In this document: positions 47,693-57,573 of the stretch, piece after piece
How the letters are laid out: each line of letters opens with the position of its first letter
How positions within the stretch are numbered: position 1 is the stretch's first letter
Assembly: GCA_965207225.1 (NCBI GenBank)
Contig: CBDBLV010000002.1
Location: 192,001 to 256,000 of the forward strand
Direction: 5' to 3'
Length of the DNA stretch: 64,000 nucleotides
From: Dehalococcoidia bacterium
Lineage (GTDB): Bacteria; Chloroflexota; Dehalococcoidia; Plut-88900
The notes under the pieces: model-generated
The model's input: only the letters and a program-made list of their open reading frames with translations
Databases searched by the model: none
What the model was told of the DNA's origin: nothing
Program-made: the position numbers and the translations under genes

Positions 47693-48574
47693 ATGGAACT
47701 GGTAGAACTCTCAGTGGAGGTGGACTCTGAGTCCACGGAACCCGTCTGCGAGGCTTTCCGTCGCTACGGCTGCGAGAGAATCGTAGTGGAGAAATTGGAC
47801 CCCTCCGGCCCCCACCCCAGACTCCTCGTCAAAGCCTACTCCCACAACGACGAATCTCGGGAAACGCTGATTGCCAACATGGAAGTAGTCGTCCGGCTTC
47901 TGGGCCTAGTCCGAGAGGTGGGTGGCCTTCAAACTCGGGTGCTTCAGGAGGAAGACTGGGCTCTGGCCTGGCGCAGGCAATACACCATCCAGCACCTGGG
48001 GAAAAGGCTGATTGTTTGCCCCACCTGGCTTTCTTACAAACCTGAACAACACGAGGTTGTTGTTCGCCTCGACCCCGGCATGGCCTTCGGTACGGGCGTC
48101 CACCCGACCACCCGTATGTGCCTTCAGGTCCTTGATGGGCTGATCAAGCCTGGAATGCACATCGCGGACGTTGGTTGCGGCTCGGGCATCCTGTCCATCG
48201 CCGCAGTCAAGCTTGGCGCTTCCAAGGCCCTGGCCCTGGATGTGGACACCCTGGCTGTTAAGGTTGCCCGTGAGAATGTCGAAGCTAACGGTGTATCACA
48301 GTTAGTGGAAGTTGCAGAAGGCACCCTCCGGCATGACCCCTCCCACCCCGCCCCCGACTACGACCTCATCGTCGCCAATATCACCCTCAACCCCATCCTT
48401 GAGCTGGCCCCCCACATCGTGAATTCCCTGGGTTCAGGCGGTTTGGCAATCCTTAGTGGCCTCCTTCAAGAACAGGGCCCGACCGTCGATTCCGCCTTCG
48501 AGGCCTTGGGAGCCTGCCTGGAGTCCCGGACCACGATAGACGACTGGCTGACCCTGGTCTTTAGAAAGCCCTAG
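47693..48574 (+). CDS. prmA: Ribosomal protein L11 methyltransferase
   Basis: LDPGMAFGTG.HPTT, DVGCGSGIL, VANI. Confidence 0.93.
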   Translation: MELVELSVEVDSESTEPVCEAFRRYGCERIVVEKLDPSGPHPRLLVKAYSHNDESRETLIANMEVVVRLLGLVREVGGLQTRVLQEEDWALAWRRQYTIQHLGKRLIVCPTWLSYKPEQHEVVVRLDPGMAFGTGVHPTTRMCLQVLDGLIKPGMHIADVGCGSGILSIAAVKLGASKALALDVDTLAVKVARENVEANGVSQLVEVAEGTLRHDPSHPAPDYDLIVANITLNPILELAPHIVNSLGSGGLAILSGLLQEQGPTVDSAFEALGACLESRTTIDDWLTLVFRKP

Positions 48575-48578
48575 CCAC

Positions 48579-49184
48579 CTACTCCTCTGGATCAAACTCC
48601 AGCTTGTTCTCAGTGCCTTCTAGCAAGCGTTTGAAGTTCTCTCGGTGTGCATAGAAGATGATCGCCGTCGGGATTAAGGCTTGAAGCAGATACGCCTTCG
48701 GCCTCTTTCCAATCAGCACCGCAAAGAAAAGGCACAGCGCTCCTACTGCCGTCCCCGACAATGACCCCAGCGATGATATCCGGAACTTAGCCATCACCGA
48801 ACCACCGGTCAACGCGGCGACAATTCCCGGCCCGGGCGCCAATGCCAGCAGCGCACCGAGGTTTGTGACTACCCCCTTCCCCCCCTTGAAACCCCGCAAA
48901 ACTGGCCAAATGTGTCCCGCCACAACAGCAATGCCCACAAGCGCGTGCACCAGACTCGAATCACTGACCTTCCTGGCTATCAATACCGGAAGCAGGCCCT
49001 TGAAAGTATCGATGAGCAGCACGGCCGTAGAAGCCGAGGGCCCCGCCACCCGGTACACATTCGCCGCACCTATATTTCCGCTCCCCCGCCTCTGGATATC
49101 GACCCCTTTCGCCTGCTTCACCACTATCTTGCCCGTCGGTATCCCGCCCATCAGGTAGCCGAACAGAATCAGTAGTATTGTCAT
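48579..49184 (-). CDS. plsY: Glycerol-3-phosphate acyltransferase PlsY
   Basis: GSGNIGAANV.R, GH.WP....FKGGKGV, H.EN..RL..G.E; ATG overlaps the der stop. Confidence 0.92.
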   Translation of the reverse strand: MTILLILFGYLMGGIPTGKIVVKQAKGVDIQRRGSGNIGAANVYRVAGPSASTAVLLIDTFKGLLPVLIARKVSDSSLVHALVGIAVVAGHIWPVLRGFKGGKGVVTNLGALLALAPGPGIVAALTGGSVMAKFRISSLGSLSGTAVGALCLFFAVLIGKRPKAYLLQALIPTAIIFYAHRENFKRLLEGTENKLEFDPEE

Positions 49185-50493
49185 TCGCCCCGGCTTCTCC
49201 TTTGGAACCTGAGTTGTATCGGGGTACCCTCGAACCCGAACTCGTCCCGCAGCCGGTTCTCCAGAAAACGTTGATAGGAGAAATGCACTAGCGCCGGGTC
49301 GTTCACAAAAAATGTGAATGTCGGGGGGTGGGTCCCGGTCTGGGTAACGTAGAACAGTTTGAGCCGCCTCCCCCGCGCCCGTGGCAGAGGACTGTCCGTC
49401 ACCGCGCGAGTCAACATCCTGTTCAACGCTGATGTTGCAACAGTCTTCCCTCTCTCGTTGAAAATCATTAGAGCCGCAGGCATCAGTTCCGACACTCCCT
49501 GACCGTACATCGCAGAAGTGTACAGCACCGGCACGTACTCTCCAGCCCGGATCCTGTCCTGGATGTACGGCTGGGCAGTCTCCATTCCCAGCTCCAGTTC
49601 CGGGGCCAGGTCCCATTTGTTCACCACCACCGCCATCCCTTGTACGCATCCTTTGCGTACCCCCAGATGTGCATGTCCTGCGCCGTCATGAGCTCCGACG
49701 CGTCTACAACCAGCAGCACCACGTCGGCCCTGTAGATCGCCTCCATCGTCCGCAGCACGCTGTACTTCTCCACCCCCCGCCCTATCTTCCCCCGACGCCT
49801 CACCCCTGCCGTATCTATCAGCAGTATTCGCTCTCCCTCGTATTCCAGTACGGTGTCAATGGCATCTCGAGTCGTCCCCGGGACATCACTGACTATGACC
49901 CTCTCCTCACCGAACAGTGTGTTCAGCAGCATCGATTTTCCCACATTCGGCCGACCCACGATTGCCACCTTCATTACTCCGGTCTGTGGCTCGACCTCCG
50001 GCTCCTCCACGTTGGCGTCCATCCAGGCGGTGAGCCGGTCCAGACCCTTGGCATGGTATGCGCTGATTGGGGTAGGGTCTCCCATCCCCAGCCTGTAGAA
50101 GTCACCAAGGTCCGCCGCCCGACGGTTGTTGTCAATCTTGTTGACCACCAGAGACACCGGCTTTTCCGATACCCGGAGCAGGTCCGCCAGCTCCTCGTCT
50201 CCTGCCGTCAGGCCATCCTTCCCGTCAACCATGAACAGGATCGCCGACGCCTCCGCCAGTGCCACCTTGACCTGCTCCGTCACGCCGACGTGGATCTCAT
50301 CTTCCTGCCCCAGGTCCAAACCTCCGGTATCGACCAGCAGAACGCTCTTGTCACCCACCGTCACCTGCGCCGATACCCTATCCCGCGTCGTTCCCGGCAT
50401 GTCTGACACTATCGCCATCCGCCGCCCGACAAACTTGTTGAACAGCGTCGACTTCCCCACATTCGGCCGGCCTACTATGGCTACGATAGACAT
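49181..50493 (-). pseudogene. der: Ribosome biogenesis GTPase Der (EngA), split by a single-base frameshift near 49637
   Basis: Two GRPNVGKS G-domains; second NKWD and KH-like domain lie in another frame; span of 1313 nt is one base short of an intact ORF. Confidence 0.9.
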
Positions 50494-50522
50494 TTGACCA
50501 AGCGTCGGTGAAGACCGTGTCC

Positions 50523-51437
50523 CTAAGCCCGACCCAGGAGCCGCTCCAGCACCGCTTTCTGAGCATGCAGCCGGTTCTCCGCCTGGTCGAACACCACCGA
50601 TTGCGGGTGCTCCATCGCCTCGTCTGTCACTTCTTCCCCCCGGTGGGCAGGCAGCGGGTGCATGAAGATGGCGCTGCTATCCGCACGCGATATCAATTCC
50701 GCATCGACCTGGTACCCCGCAAAGTCCCGAAGCCTGCGCTCCGACTCCGCTTCCTGTCCCATGCTCGTCCAAACGTCCGTATACACCACGTCCGCCTCCG
50801 ACACCGCCTCGGCCGGCTGAGTCTGCACCCTGAAACTGGCCCCGCTCTCGCCGCTCAGCCTTTCTATCTTCCCAACCATCTCGGGGGGGAGAAGGTAGGA
50901 CTCGGGAGTCGCCATCACGAAGTTCGCCCCGACCAGCATCGCCCCCAGCGAAAGGCTCGCCGCCATGTTGTTGCCGTCTCCCACGTATGCGATCTTCAAT
51001 CCTTTCAATGCGCCTTTGTGCTCGTACATCGTCAGCAGGTCCGCCAGCACCTGGCACGGGTGCTCTCCGTCCGATAGCCCGTTTATGACCGGACATGTCG
51101 CGTACTTCGCGAGGTCCACAACAGTCTGGTGCCGATGAGTCCGCGCCACTATCCCGTCTGCATATCGACTAAGCACCCGCGCCACGTCCGAAACCGGCTC
51201 CCGGGTCCCCAACCCTATCTCCTGCGGCGAAAGGTAGACGCACTGCCCGCCCAACTGCCTCATCCCGATGTCAAAGCTAGCACGGGTCCGCAGCGATGGT
51301 AACTCGAAGACCAGGGCCAGCGCCTTCCCCTCCAGTGCCCGAGAACCATCCCCCTTCTTCATCGTCACCGCCCTCTCTATGAGGGCCATGATCTCAGCCC
51401 CCGAGAGGTCGGCCATGGAGAGCAGGTCTTTATCCAT
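50523..51437 (-). CDS. argF: Ornithine carbamoyltransferase
   Basis: SLRTR, HPCQ, YTDVWTSMG, MHPLP, QAENRLH. Confidence 0.93.
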   Translation of the reverse strand: MDKDLLSMADLSGAEIMALIERAVTMKKGDGSRALEGKALALVFELPSLRTRASFDIGMRQLGGQCVYLSPQEIGLGTREPVSDVARVLSRYADGIVARTHRHQTVVDLAKYATCPVINGLSDGEHPCQVLADLLTMYEHKGALKGLKIAYVGDGNNMAASLSLGAMLVGANFVMATPESYLLPPEMVGKIERLSGESGASFRVQTQPAEAVSEADVVYTDVWTSMGQEAESERRLRDFAGYQVDAELISRADSSAIFMHPLPAHRGEEVTDEAMEHPQSVVFDQAENRLHAQKAVLERLLGRA

Positions 51438-51511
51438 GATGCTCCTTGAGGAGATGTCAGAATAGTAGGTCTTGGAGATGAGGGAATTGTGACGGCAGGC
51501 CTCTGTGCCCG

Positions 51512-51991
51512 TTACGCGTCTGCGTGGACGTGTGCCCGGTCGGCAGAGAATAGATGGGGTGCGAAGTTGGCGGGTCCTCCCAGCCGGGTCTGGCAGGCCT
51601 TGCAGACCACGTAGACCTCTATCCGGTGCCCGACTACGCTCCCTCTACCCGACATTTCCCATTGCGAAAGCCACTGCTCGATTTCCGATTCGTGGAACTC
51701 GGAGACCAGGCCGCAGGACACGCATACCAGGTGGTGGTGGTGCCCGCTCATGGTTAGCATGTAGCGAGGCGAGCCGTCAGGAAGGCTGATCTTGCACAGC
51801 AGTCCCTGTTCCACCAGCAGCTTGATCGTCCGGTATACCGTAGCCCTCCCGACACCCTCTAACTCCGCGTGCAACTCTTCCGCCGTGAAGTTGGTCTCCT
51901 TGCCGGCTATGCTTTCTATTACCTGGCGCCTCGGGTGCGTTATCCGGTAGCGTCGGCCGCCTATGGCATCAAGTAGCGTTTTGGAGTCCAT
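51512..51991 (-). CDS. Fur-family transcriptional regulator
   Basis: ATVYRT, HHHHLVCVSCG, CKAC. Confidence 0.9.
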   Translation of the reverse strand: MDSKTLLDAIGGRRYRITHPRRQVIESIAGKETNFTAEELHAELEGVGRATVYRTIKLLVEQGLLCKISLPDGSPRYMLTMSGHHHHLVCVSCGLVSEFHESEIEQWLSQWEMSGRGSVVGHRIEVYVVCKACQTRLGGPANFAPHLFSADRAHVHADA

Positions 51992-52035
51992 AGCAATGTG
52001 TGGGACCTCTGTCCCATGTCTCCGTCTTTCCTAAC

Positions 52036-52341
52036 CTACCATTTTTCGTCTTCAGGATAAACGCTGTTGCACACCGCGACTTCGTAGGGCTTTGCAAACC
52101 AGTTTTCGGTAGCCTTTTCCCATCGCTGGAAGTGGGGCGTCTTGATGTGTTCATCCTCGGCGTTGGAGTCCAAATACACCTCGTAGAGATAAAACCGGGT
52201 CGGGTTGTCCGTGTCCACCAGCACTTCCCACCTCGTGCATCCCGGCTCGGTGACGGAGCCCTTGGCGTTGAGTATAGTCTCGGCGATGAATTTCTCCCGG
52301 TACTCGGGCTTGACGTCTATGGTAACCACATCGACTCGCAT
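52036..52341 (-). CDS. ABM-family (LsrG/quinol monooxygenase-like) protein
   Basis: EPGC.RW, FYLYEVY, H.KTPHF; GGAGG RBS. Confidence 0.85.
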   Translation of the reverse strand: MRVDVVTIDVKPEYREKFIAETILNAKGSVTEPGCTRWEVLVDTDNPTRFYLYEVYLDSNAEDEHIKTPHFQRWEKATENWFAKPYEVAVCNSVYPEDEKW

Positions 52342-52424
52342 GGCTCCTCCGGAAGGTGTATGTATCTCTATTGTACACCGTAATTGATACAAAGGGGCTT
52401 GCCCTCTCCCCTGAAACATCTTTA

Positions 52425-52453
52425 TTGACGGGCAATTTCGGCCTGAGTATCAT
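52425..52453 (+). promoter_or_regulatory. Putative sigma70 promoter
   Basis: TTGACG-17 nt-TATCAT. Confidence 0.55.
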
Positions 52454-52495
52454 GTTTCCATCGCTCCGCCCCCTGACCTGCGACGAGGTGTCATC

Positions 52496-53479
52496 ATGCC
52501 AGACGTTCACCCCATGCCCGACAAATCAACCGCTTTCTCCCTCTATGAAGGCATGGTCACCATCCGCGAATTCGAAGAACGCGCCCGCCGCGAGGGAGAC
52601 GCCGGAAAACCCGTGGGCGGTATCCACTCCTCCGTCGGCCAGGAAGCCGTTGCCGTCGGCATCTGCCGCTATCTTCGTGACGACGACTACGTTCTAGGCA
52701 ATCACAGGAGCCATCACCATTGCCTCGCCAAGGGTGTCGACATGAAGGAGATGATGGCCGAGCTCATGGGCAAGGCCACCGGCACCAATAAGGGCAAGGG
52801 CGGTACAATGCACATCGCCGACAAGAACGTCGGTATGCTAGGCGCCAACGGAGTAATCGGCTCCAACGTCCCCGTAGCCGCCGGAGCGGCCCTTAGTGCC
52901 AAGATCCGAGGCACCGACCAGGTAGCCGTCGTTTTCTTCGGCGACGGCGGCGCCAACCAGGGCGCCCTCCACGAGACCCTCAACCTCGCCGCCATCTGGA
53001 ATCTCGGCGTCATTTTCGTCTGCGAAAACAACCGCTATGCAGAGTCCACCCCCGTGGAATACTCCCTCGCCGGTGGCTCCATCGCCAACCGGGCCTCGGC
53101 TTACGGGATAGTCGGGGAGACCGTTGACGGCCAGGACGTTCTCGATGTCTCGACGGCAATGGAAAGGGCGGTCCATAGGGCCCGGGCAGGTGAAGGCCCC
53201 TCCATCATTGAGGCCAAGACCTACCGTTACTACGGCCACCACGGCGCCGACGACCCCCTGCGCTACCGCACGAGAGAAGAGGAAGAGTTTTACCGCAATC
53301 GGGACTGCATAGCCAATTTCAAGACTCGAATTATCGAAGAAGAACTGGGTACCGGCGAAGAGCTCCAGGAAATCGATGCCTCGATATTGGGGGCACTGGA
53401 CGAGGCTGTGAAGTTCGCCGACGAAAGCCCCTGGCCCGACCCCGATGAGCTCGTCGCCGACGTTTATGTCAATTACTAG
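52496..53479 (+). CDS. TPP-dependent 2-oxoacid/acetoin dehydrogenase E1 alpha
   Basis: GQEA, FFGDGGANQG...ENN, TYRYYGH. Confidence 0.92.
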   Translation: MPDVHPMPDKSTAFSLYEGMVTIREFEERARREGDAGKPVGGIHSSVGQEAVAVGICRYLRDDDYVLGNHRSHHHCLAKGVDMKEMMAELMGKATGTNKGKGGTMHIADKNVGMLGANGVIGSNVPVAAGAALSAKIRGTDQVAVVFFGDGGANQGALHETLNLAAIWNLGVIFVCENNRYAESTPVEYSLAGGSIANRASAYGIVGETVDGQDVLDVSTAMERAVHRARAGEGPSIIEAKTYRYYGHHGADDPLRYRTREEEEFYRNRDCIANFKTRIIEEELGTGEELQEIDASILGALDEAVKFADESPWPDPDELVADVYVNY

Positions 53480-53517
53480 AATCCGTCACCAGCCATCTAT
53501 GCAACCTGGGTAACGCC

Positions 53518-54588
53518 ATGACAACCACCGAATCCAAGGCAACCGAACGCAGCCGCATCAGCTTCGTCCGGTCCATCAACGAAGCCATCACCCAGGAGAT
53601 GGAGCGCGACCCCACCGTCATCGTCATGGGCGAAGACGTGGCCGGCGCTCCCGGTAAGAAGGACCAGGGCTTCGAGGATGCCTGGGGCGGTGTATTCAAG
53701 CTCACTAAAGGCCTCATAGGCAAGTTCGGCCCCCAGCGTGTCCTCGATACCCCCATCTCCGAAGCCGGGTTCATCGGCGCCGGCGTAGGCGCCGCCGCCA
53801 CCGGCCTCCGACCCATCGTTGAGCTCATGTTCGTCGGTTTTTACGGAGTCTGCGCTGACCAGATAACCAACAACGCCGCAAAAATGCACTACATGTTTGG
53901 CGGCAAAGTGACCCTTCCCTTGACCATCATCACTAACACCGGCACCGGCGCGGGCGCTGCCGCCCAGCACTCCGAGACCCTCTACTCCATCTTCACCCAC
54001 TTCCCCGGTCTCAAGTGTGTCGTCCCTTCCGACGCCTACACCGCCAAGGGCCTCATGACCGCCGCTATCCGTGACGACGACCCCGTAATCATCTTTCTCC
54101 ACAAGCTCCTTCTCGGAAGGACCCGCGCCGGCCTCCGGCCCTCCGAGGAATACGCTGTACCTGAAGAGCCCTACATCGTGCCTATAGGTAAGGCCAACGT
54201 GGCCCGGGAGGGTGAGGACCTCACCATGATCGGTATCGGCTACACCACCGGCCTCTGCCTCCAGGCCGCCGACACCCTTCAGCAGCAGGGCGTCAACGCC
54301 GAGGTCATAGACCTGCTGTCCCTCTCCCCCATGGACGAGGAGACAATCCTTGAGTCCGTCAAGAAGACCCGTAGAGCCGTTATTGTCGACGAGGACTACC
54401 CGCGTTGTAGCGTCGCATCTGACATATCAGCCCTCATCGCCGAGCAGGCCTTCGACTACCTGGACGCCCCACCCAAAAGGGTGACCCCACCCCACTCCCC
54501 CGTCCCCTACAGCATCATGCTGGAGCGCCTATTCGCCCCCACCAAAGAGAAAGTCATCGAGGCCGCATCCGAGGTCCTGGAGGCTTGA
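53518..54588 (+). CDS. 2-oxoacid/acetoin dehydrogenase E1 beta
   Basis: GEDV, DTPISE, AAQHS, FDYLDAP. Confidence 0.92.
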   Translation: MTTTESKATERSRISFVRSINEAITQEMERDPTVIVMGEDVAGAPGKKDQGFEDAWGGVFKLTKGLIGKFGPQRVLDTPISEAGFIGAGVGAAATGLRPIVELMFVGFYGVCADQITNNAAKMHYMFGGKVTLPLTIITNTGTGAGAAAQHSETLYSIFTHFPGLKCVVPSDAYTAKGLMTAAIRDDDPVIIFLHKLLLGRTRAGLRPSEEYAVPEEPYIVPIGKANVAREGEDLTMIGIGYTTGLCLQAADTLQQQGVNAEVIDLLSLSPMDEETILESVKKTRRAVIVDEDYPRCSVASDISALIAEQAFDYLDAPPKRVTPPHSPVPYSIMLERLFAPTKEKVIEAASEVLEA

Positions 54589-54630
54589 TGTCCGCAAAGC
54601 GCTCGGGGCGATAGTGGAACAGGACTCATA

Positions 54631-55833
54631 ATGGCAACTGCCATACGAATGCCGCAGCTTGGCATGATTATGACCGAAGGCACCCTCGCCAAGTGGCACA
54701 AGGAGCCTGGCGCCCCGGTCAAGCAAGGCGATCCCCTCGCCGAGATCACTACCGAAAAGATCTCCTACGAGCTCGAAGCCCCGGAGTCCGGCATCTTCCA
54801 CCCGGCCGTCAGCGAGGGAGATATCGTCCCCATTGAAGAGCTGATAGCCCATATCCTCCAGGAGGGTGAAGCGGTCCCCGAGACACCTGCTCCCAAACCC
54901 GTTGTCCCGTCCCAGCCCTCTCCCGTCGCCTCTGGCCCTGGGAGGACCCCCGCCCAACCCCGCGCCGATGTCCGTGCCGCCCCCAGCGCCCGTAAACTTG
55001 CCGCCCAGCTTGGAATCGATATCTCCCATGTTATCCCCGCCCGACCCGGCGGCCGCATCGTCGAGGCTGATGTCAAAGCCTATGCTGAAGCTCAGGTAAC
55101 GACACCGGCGCCGACAGCGGCAATGGCCGAGGCCCGCGGCCTTCCCCCCGGCCTCCCCGAACCATCTAAGATAGAATCCCTCTCCGGCATCAGGAAGGCC
55201 ATAGCCAACAACATGCGCCGCAGCGTGTCCAACGCCGCCCAACTCTCCTTCCACATTGAAGTTGACATGACACAGGCCACTGCCCTTAGAAAAGAGCACT
55301 CCAGGGGTGGGGACATCAGCCTCTCTGCCGCAGACATCGTCATGAAGGCCTGCGCCGATGCCCTCCTAAAGAACCCCCGGCTTAACACAATCCTCTCCGA
55401 CGGAAAGGTCCACTACTTTGACCAGGTCAACATGGGCCTCGCCGTCGCCCTCAACGATGGCCTCCTGGTACCTGTAATCAGAAACGCCCAATCCAAGTCA
55501 ATCACCGAGCTTGCCGCCGAAAGAAAAGACCTCTCGGAACGTGCCAGGAGCAGCAAGCTGAAGGCTGACGAGCTTACCGGCGGGACCTTCAGCCTCACCG
55601 TCCTCGGCACCGTCGATGGTTTCACCCCACTCCTTTATCCGGGTCAGAGCGCCATCCTGGGTGTGGGACGAATTGCAAAGAAACCCGTCGTTGTTGGAGA
55701 CGAAATTGCTGTGCGAGAGATGGCTACCCTCAGCCTGACCGTGGACCACCAGGTCGTGGACGGAGCCCCCGCCTCGGCCTTCCTCCGCCGGGTGAAACAA
55801 CTCCTCGAACATCCCGAGCAGCTTTTCGACTAG
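54631..55833 (+). CDS. Dihydrolipoamide acyltransferase E2
   Basis: Lipoyl domain ITTEK, E3-binding ARKLA, catalytic DHQVVDG. Confidence 0.92.
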   Translation: MATAIRMPQLGMIMTEGTLAKWHKEPGAPVKQGDPLAEITTEKISYELEAPESGIFHPAVSEGDIVPIEELIAHILQEGEAVPETPAPKPVVPSQPSPVASGPGRTPAQPRADVRAAPSARKLAAQLGIDISHVIPARPGGRIVEADVKAYAEAQVTTPAPTAAMAEARGLPPGLPEPSKIESLSGIRKAIANNMRRSVSNAAQLSFHIEVDMTQATALRKEHSRGGDISLSAADIVMKACADALLKNPRLNTILSDGKVHYFDQVNMGLAVALNDGLLVPVIRNAQSKSITELAAERKDLSERARSSKLKADELTGGTFSLTVLGTVDGFTPLLYPGQSAILGVGRIAKKPVVVGDEIAVREMATLSLTVDHQVVDGAPASAFLRRVKQLLEHPEQLFD

Positions 55834-55854
55834 ACCTTTACGTTGACGCCAACG

Positions 55855-55888
55855 GAAAAGGGGCGACACCTTGGTGTCGCCCCTTTTG
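55855..55888. terminator. Bidirectional intrinsic terminator
   Basis: AAAAGGGGCGACACC-tt-GGTGTCGCCCCTTTT. Confidence 0.8.
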
Positions 55889-55909
55889 CTTCTCTATCTG
55901 GCGGGTAAT

Positions 55910-56716
55910 CTAGCCCCGGGGCCTCACCCAGGACTCGGACCACGCCAGGCACGCCGTCGTCGAAGGCGTACCGTCCCGCTGTGCCGGCTGCGCATCTCCA
56001 GACGCATATTCGCCGTTTATCACAACCTGCGCCCGACGCGCCGGCGTCATGATGCTGTATACCCCATGTGTCCTGCCGCCTGTACCGGGAGGCGCATGGA
56101 TCGCAAATGGCGTAATGGTATCATACCACGTCAGTGCTATGTCCTGGTCTTCGGATAGCACTCTCTCGGTAGAGAAGGACCGCACGTCTCCTTCCCTCTC
56201 GAATTCCGCCTCGATTATCCGAAGAGAGGTATCCGAAAACGGCGGATTGATCATCGATTCAATCTCTTCTTGCAGCCACCGTGCCAGCGCAACGTTGTCG
56301 GAATACGCAACAACCTCGTTGTTGGTAAGATCGGAACGCATGAAGAGCGCGTGCCCCGGGCCCGCCGGTGAGAAAAGCACACGCCAATGGCTCGCCACGG
56401 TCGTGAATTCCGCCCCCTCGGACGGCGCCAGTCGGATAAACGAATTCTCTCCCGTGACCCGTACCTCGTTCGGGTCCACCACCGATGCCGACCTCCCCCT
56501 CTGCGACTTGTCCAGTAGCTTTTCCTCTCCCTTAGTTGTCAGGTACTTCACGGGAGAAGGGATCAGGCGTCGGCCCTTCCGCTTGAAACTACCGACTATC
56601 CGGTTCTCTCCCAATAGCTTGGAAATTCTCGCTACACTGTATCCGGTCGCCTCTGCTGCCTCTTTGACGGTCATCGCACCCTTGGGCGGCACGAATCTGG
56701 ATCTCCTTCTAGCCAT
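55910..56716 (-). CDS. Excisionase-like HTH fused to an uncharacterised ~190-aa beta-rich domain
   Basis: MTVKEAAEATGYSVARISKLL..NRI.G; C-terminal 'TGENSFIRL...SHWRVLFSPAGPGH...AWSESW'. Confidence 0.7.
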   Translation of the reverse strand: MARRRSRFVPPKGAMTVKEAAEATGYSVARISKLLGENRIVGSFKRKGRRLIPSPVKYLTTKGEEKLLDKSQRGRSASVVDPNEVRVTGENSFIRLAPSEGAEFTTVASHWRVLFSPAGPGHALFMRSDLTNNEVVAYSDNVALARWLQEEIESMINPPFSDTSLRIIEAEFEREGDVRSFSTERVLSEDQDIALTWYDTITPFAIHAPPGTGGRTHGVYSIMTPARRAQVVINGEYASGDAQPAQRDGTPSTTACLAWSESWVRPRG

Positions 56717-56953
56717 TTGCAGTCCTTTCTTTAGTCACGGCAGCCGCATTGGCCTGCCTTCTCAATTGAAGAGCACATCTATGACTACAATATACTATTC
56801 TAACAGGTTGCTGCGGTAGATAGAAACTTGCACGTTGTTGAGTCTGGATGTAACCGATTTTTTGCCTTCTTAAGTGAAACTCAGGGCTAAAACCGTGTAC
56901 AATGGAGATACATGAGAAGGGCGGCGGGTAGTAAATAAATCCGGAGGAGCCAA

Positions 56954-57538
56954 ATGACTATCACCACCTACGACGTAGACCAGTTTGTCCACGACATGAA
57001 GGAACTTCAGGCCAAGGGCTTGGACGACGCCCGCATACTGGACCAGGGTTCATCCTATCTCGAAAAACTGATCAGCAACCCCGACTGTATCCCCCCCGAG
57101 TTCCGAGTCCCCTCCCTCAAGGGCAGCAGCCGCCTCCACGGCTCGTATCTCCTTCACCGCTCCGATGATCTCCTCGTCTCCGCCGAGGTCTGGGGCCCCG
57201 GTGACCACGTAGACCCCCATGATCACCTCGTCTGGGGAATGATCGGCGTCCTGGACAACACCCTCAACGAGGTCCGCTTCCAATGGCACGAGGATGAGAA
57301 TCGACCCGGCTTCGGCCGCCTGGAGAAATCTCGAGACGCCGTATCCAAGCCCGGCGAGGTTAGCCTTCTCGTCCCCGGCATCGACGAAATCCACCAGATT
57401 GACAACCACGACTCCCGTCCCACCGTCGAAATTCACGTCTACGGCTTGGACCTCGGGACCATCCAGCGCAACAGGTACGACGCCGCAGCCGGCACGAAGG
57501 TCAACTTCCGGATCAAGTCCAAGTACGACAACGAGTAG
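56954..57538 (+). CDS. Cysteine/thiol dioxygenase family cupin
   Basis: WGPG...PHDH..WG, EIHQIDN, EIHVYG. Confidence 0.85.
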   Translation: MTITTYDVDQFVHDMKELQAKGLDDARILDQGSSYLEKLISNPDCIPPEFRVPSLKGSSRLHGSYLLHRSDDLLVSAEVWGPGDHVDPHDHLVWGMIGVLDNTLNEVRFQWHEDENRPGFGRLEKSRDAVSKPGEVSLLVPGIDEIHQIDNHDSRPTVEIHVYGLDLGTIQRNRYDAAAGTKVNFRIKSKYDNE

Positions 57539-57573
57539 CAGACTCCCGTTTTCGACCTCCCTGCAATTTCACC

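Noticed and set aside
48579-49649. 356-aa ORF suggesting an N-terminally extended PlsY
   Set aside because: The extension is an alternative frame of the der 3' end; real plsY starts at 49184
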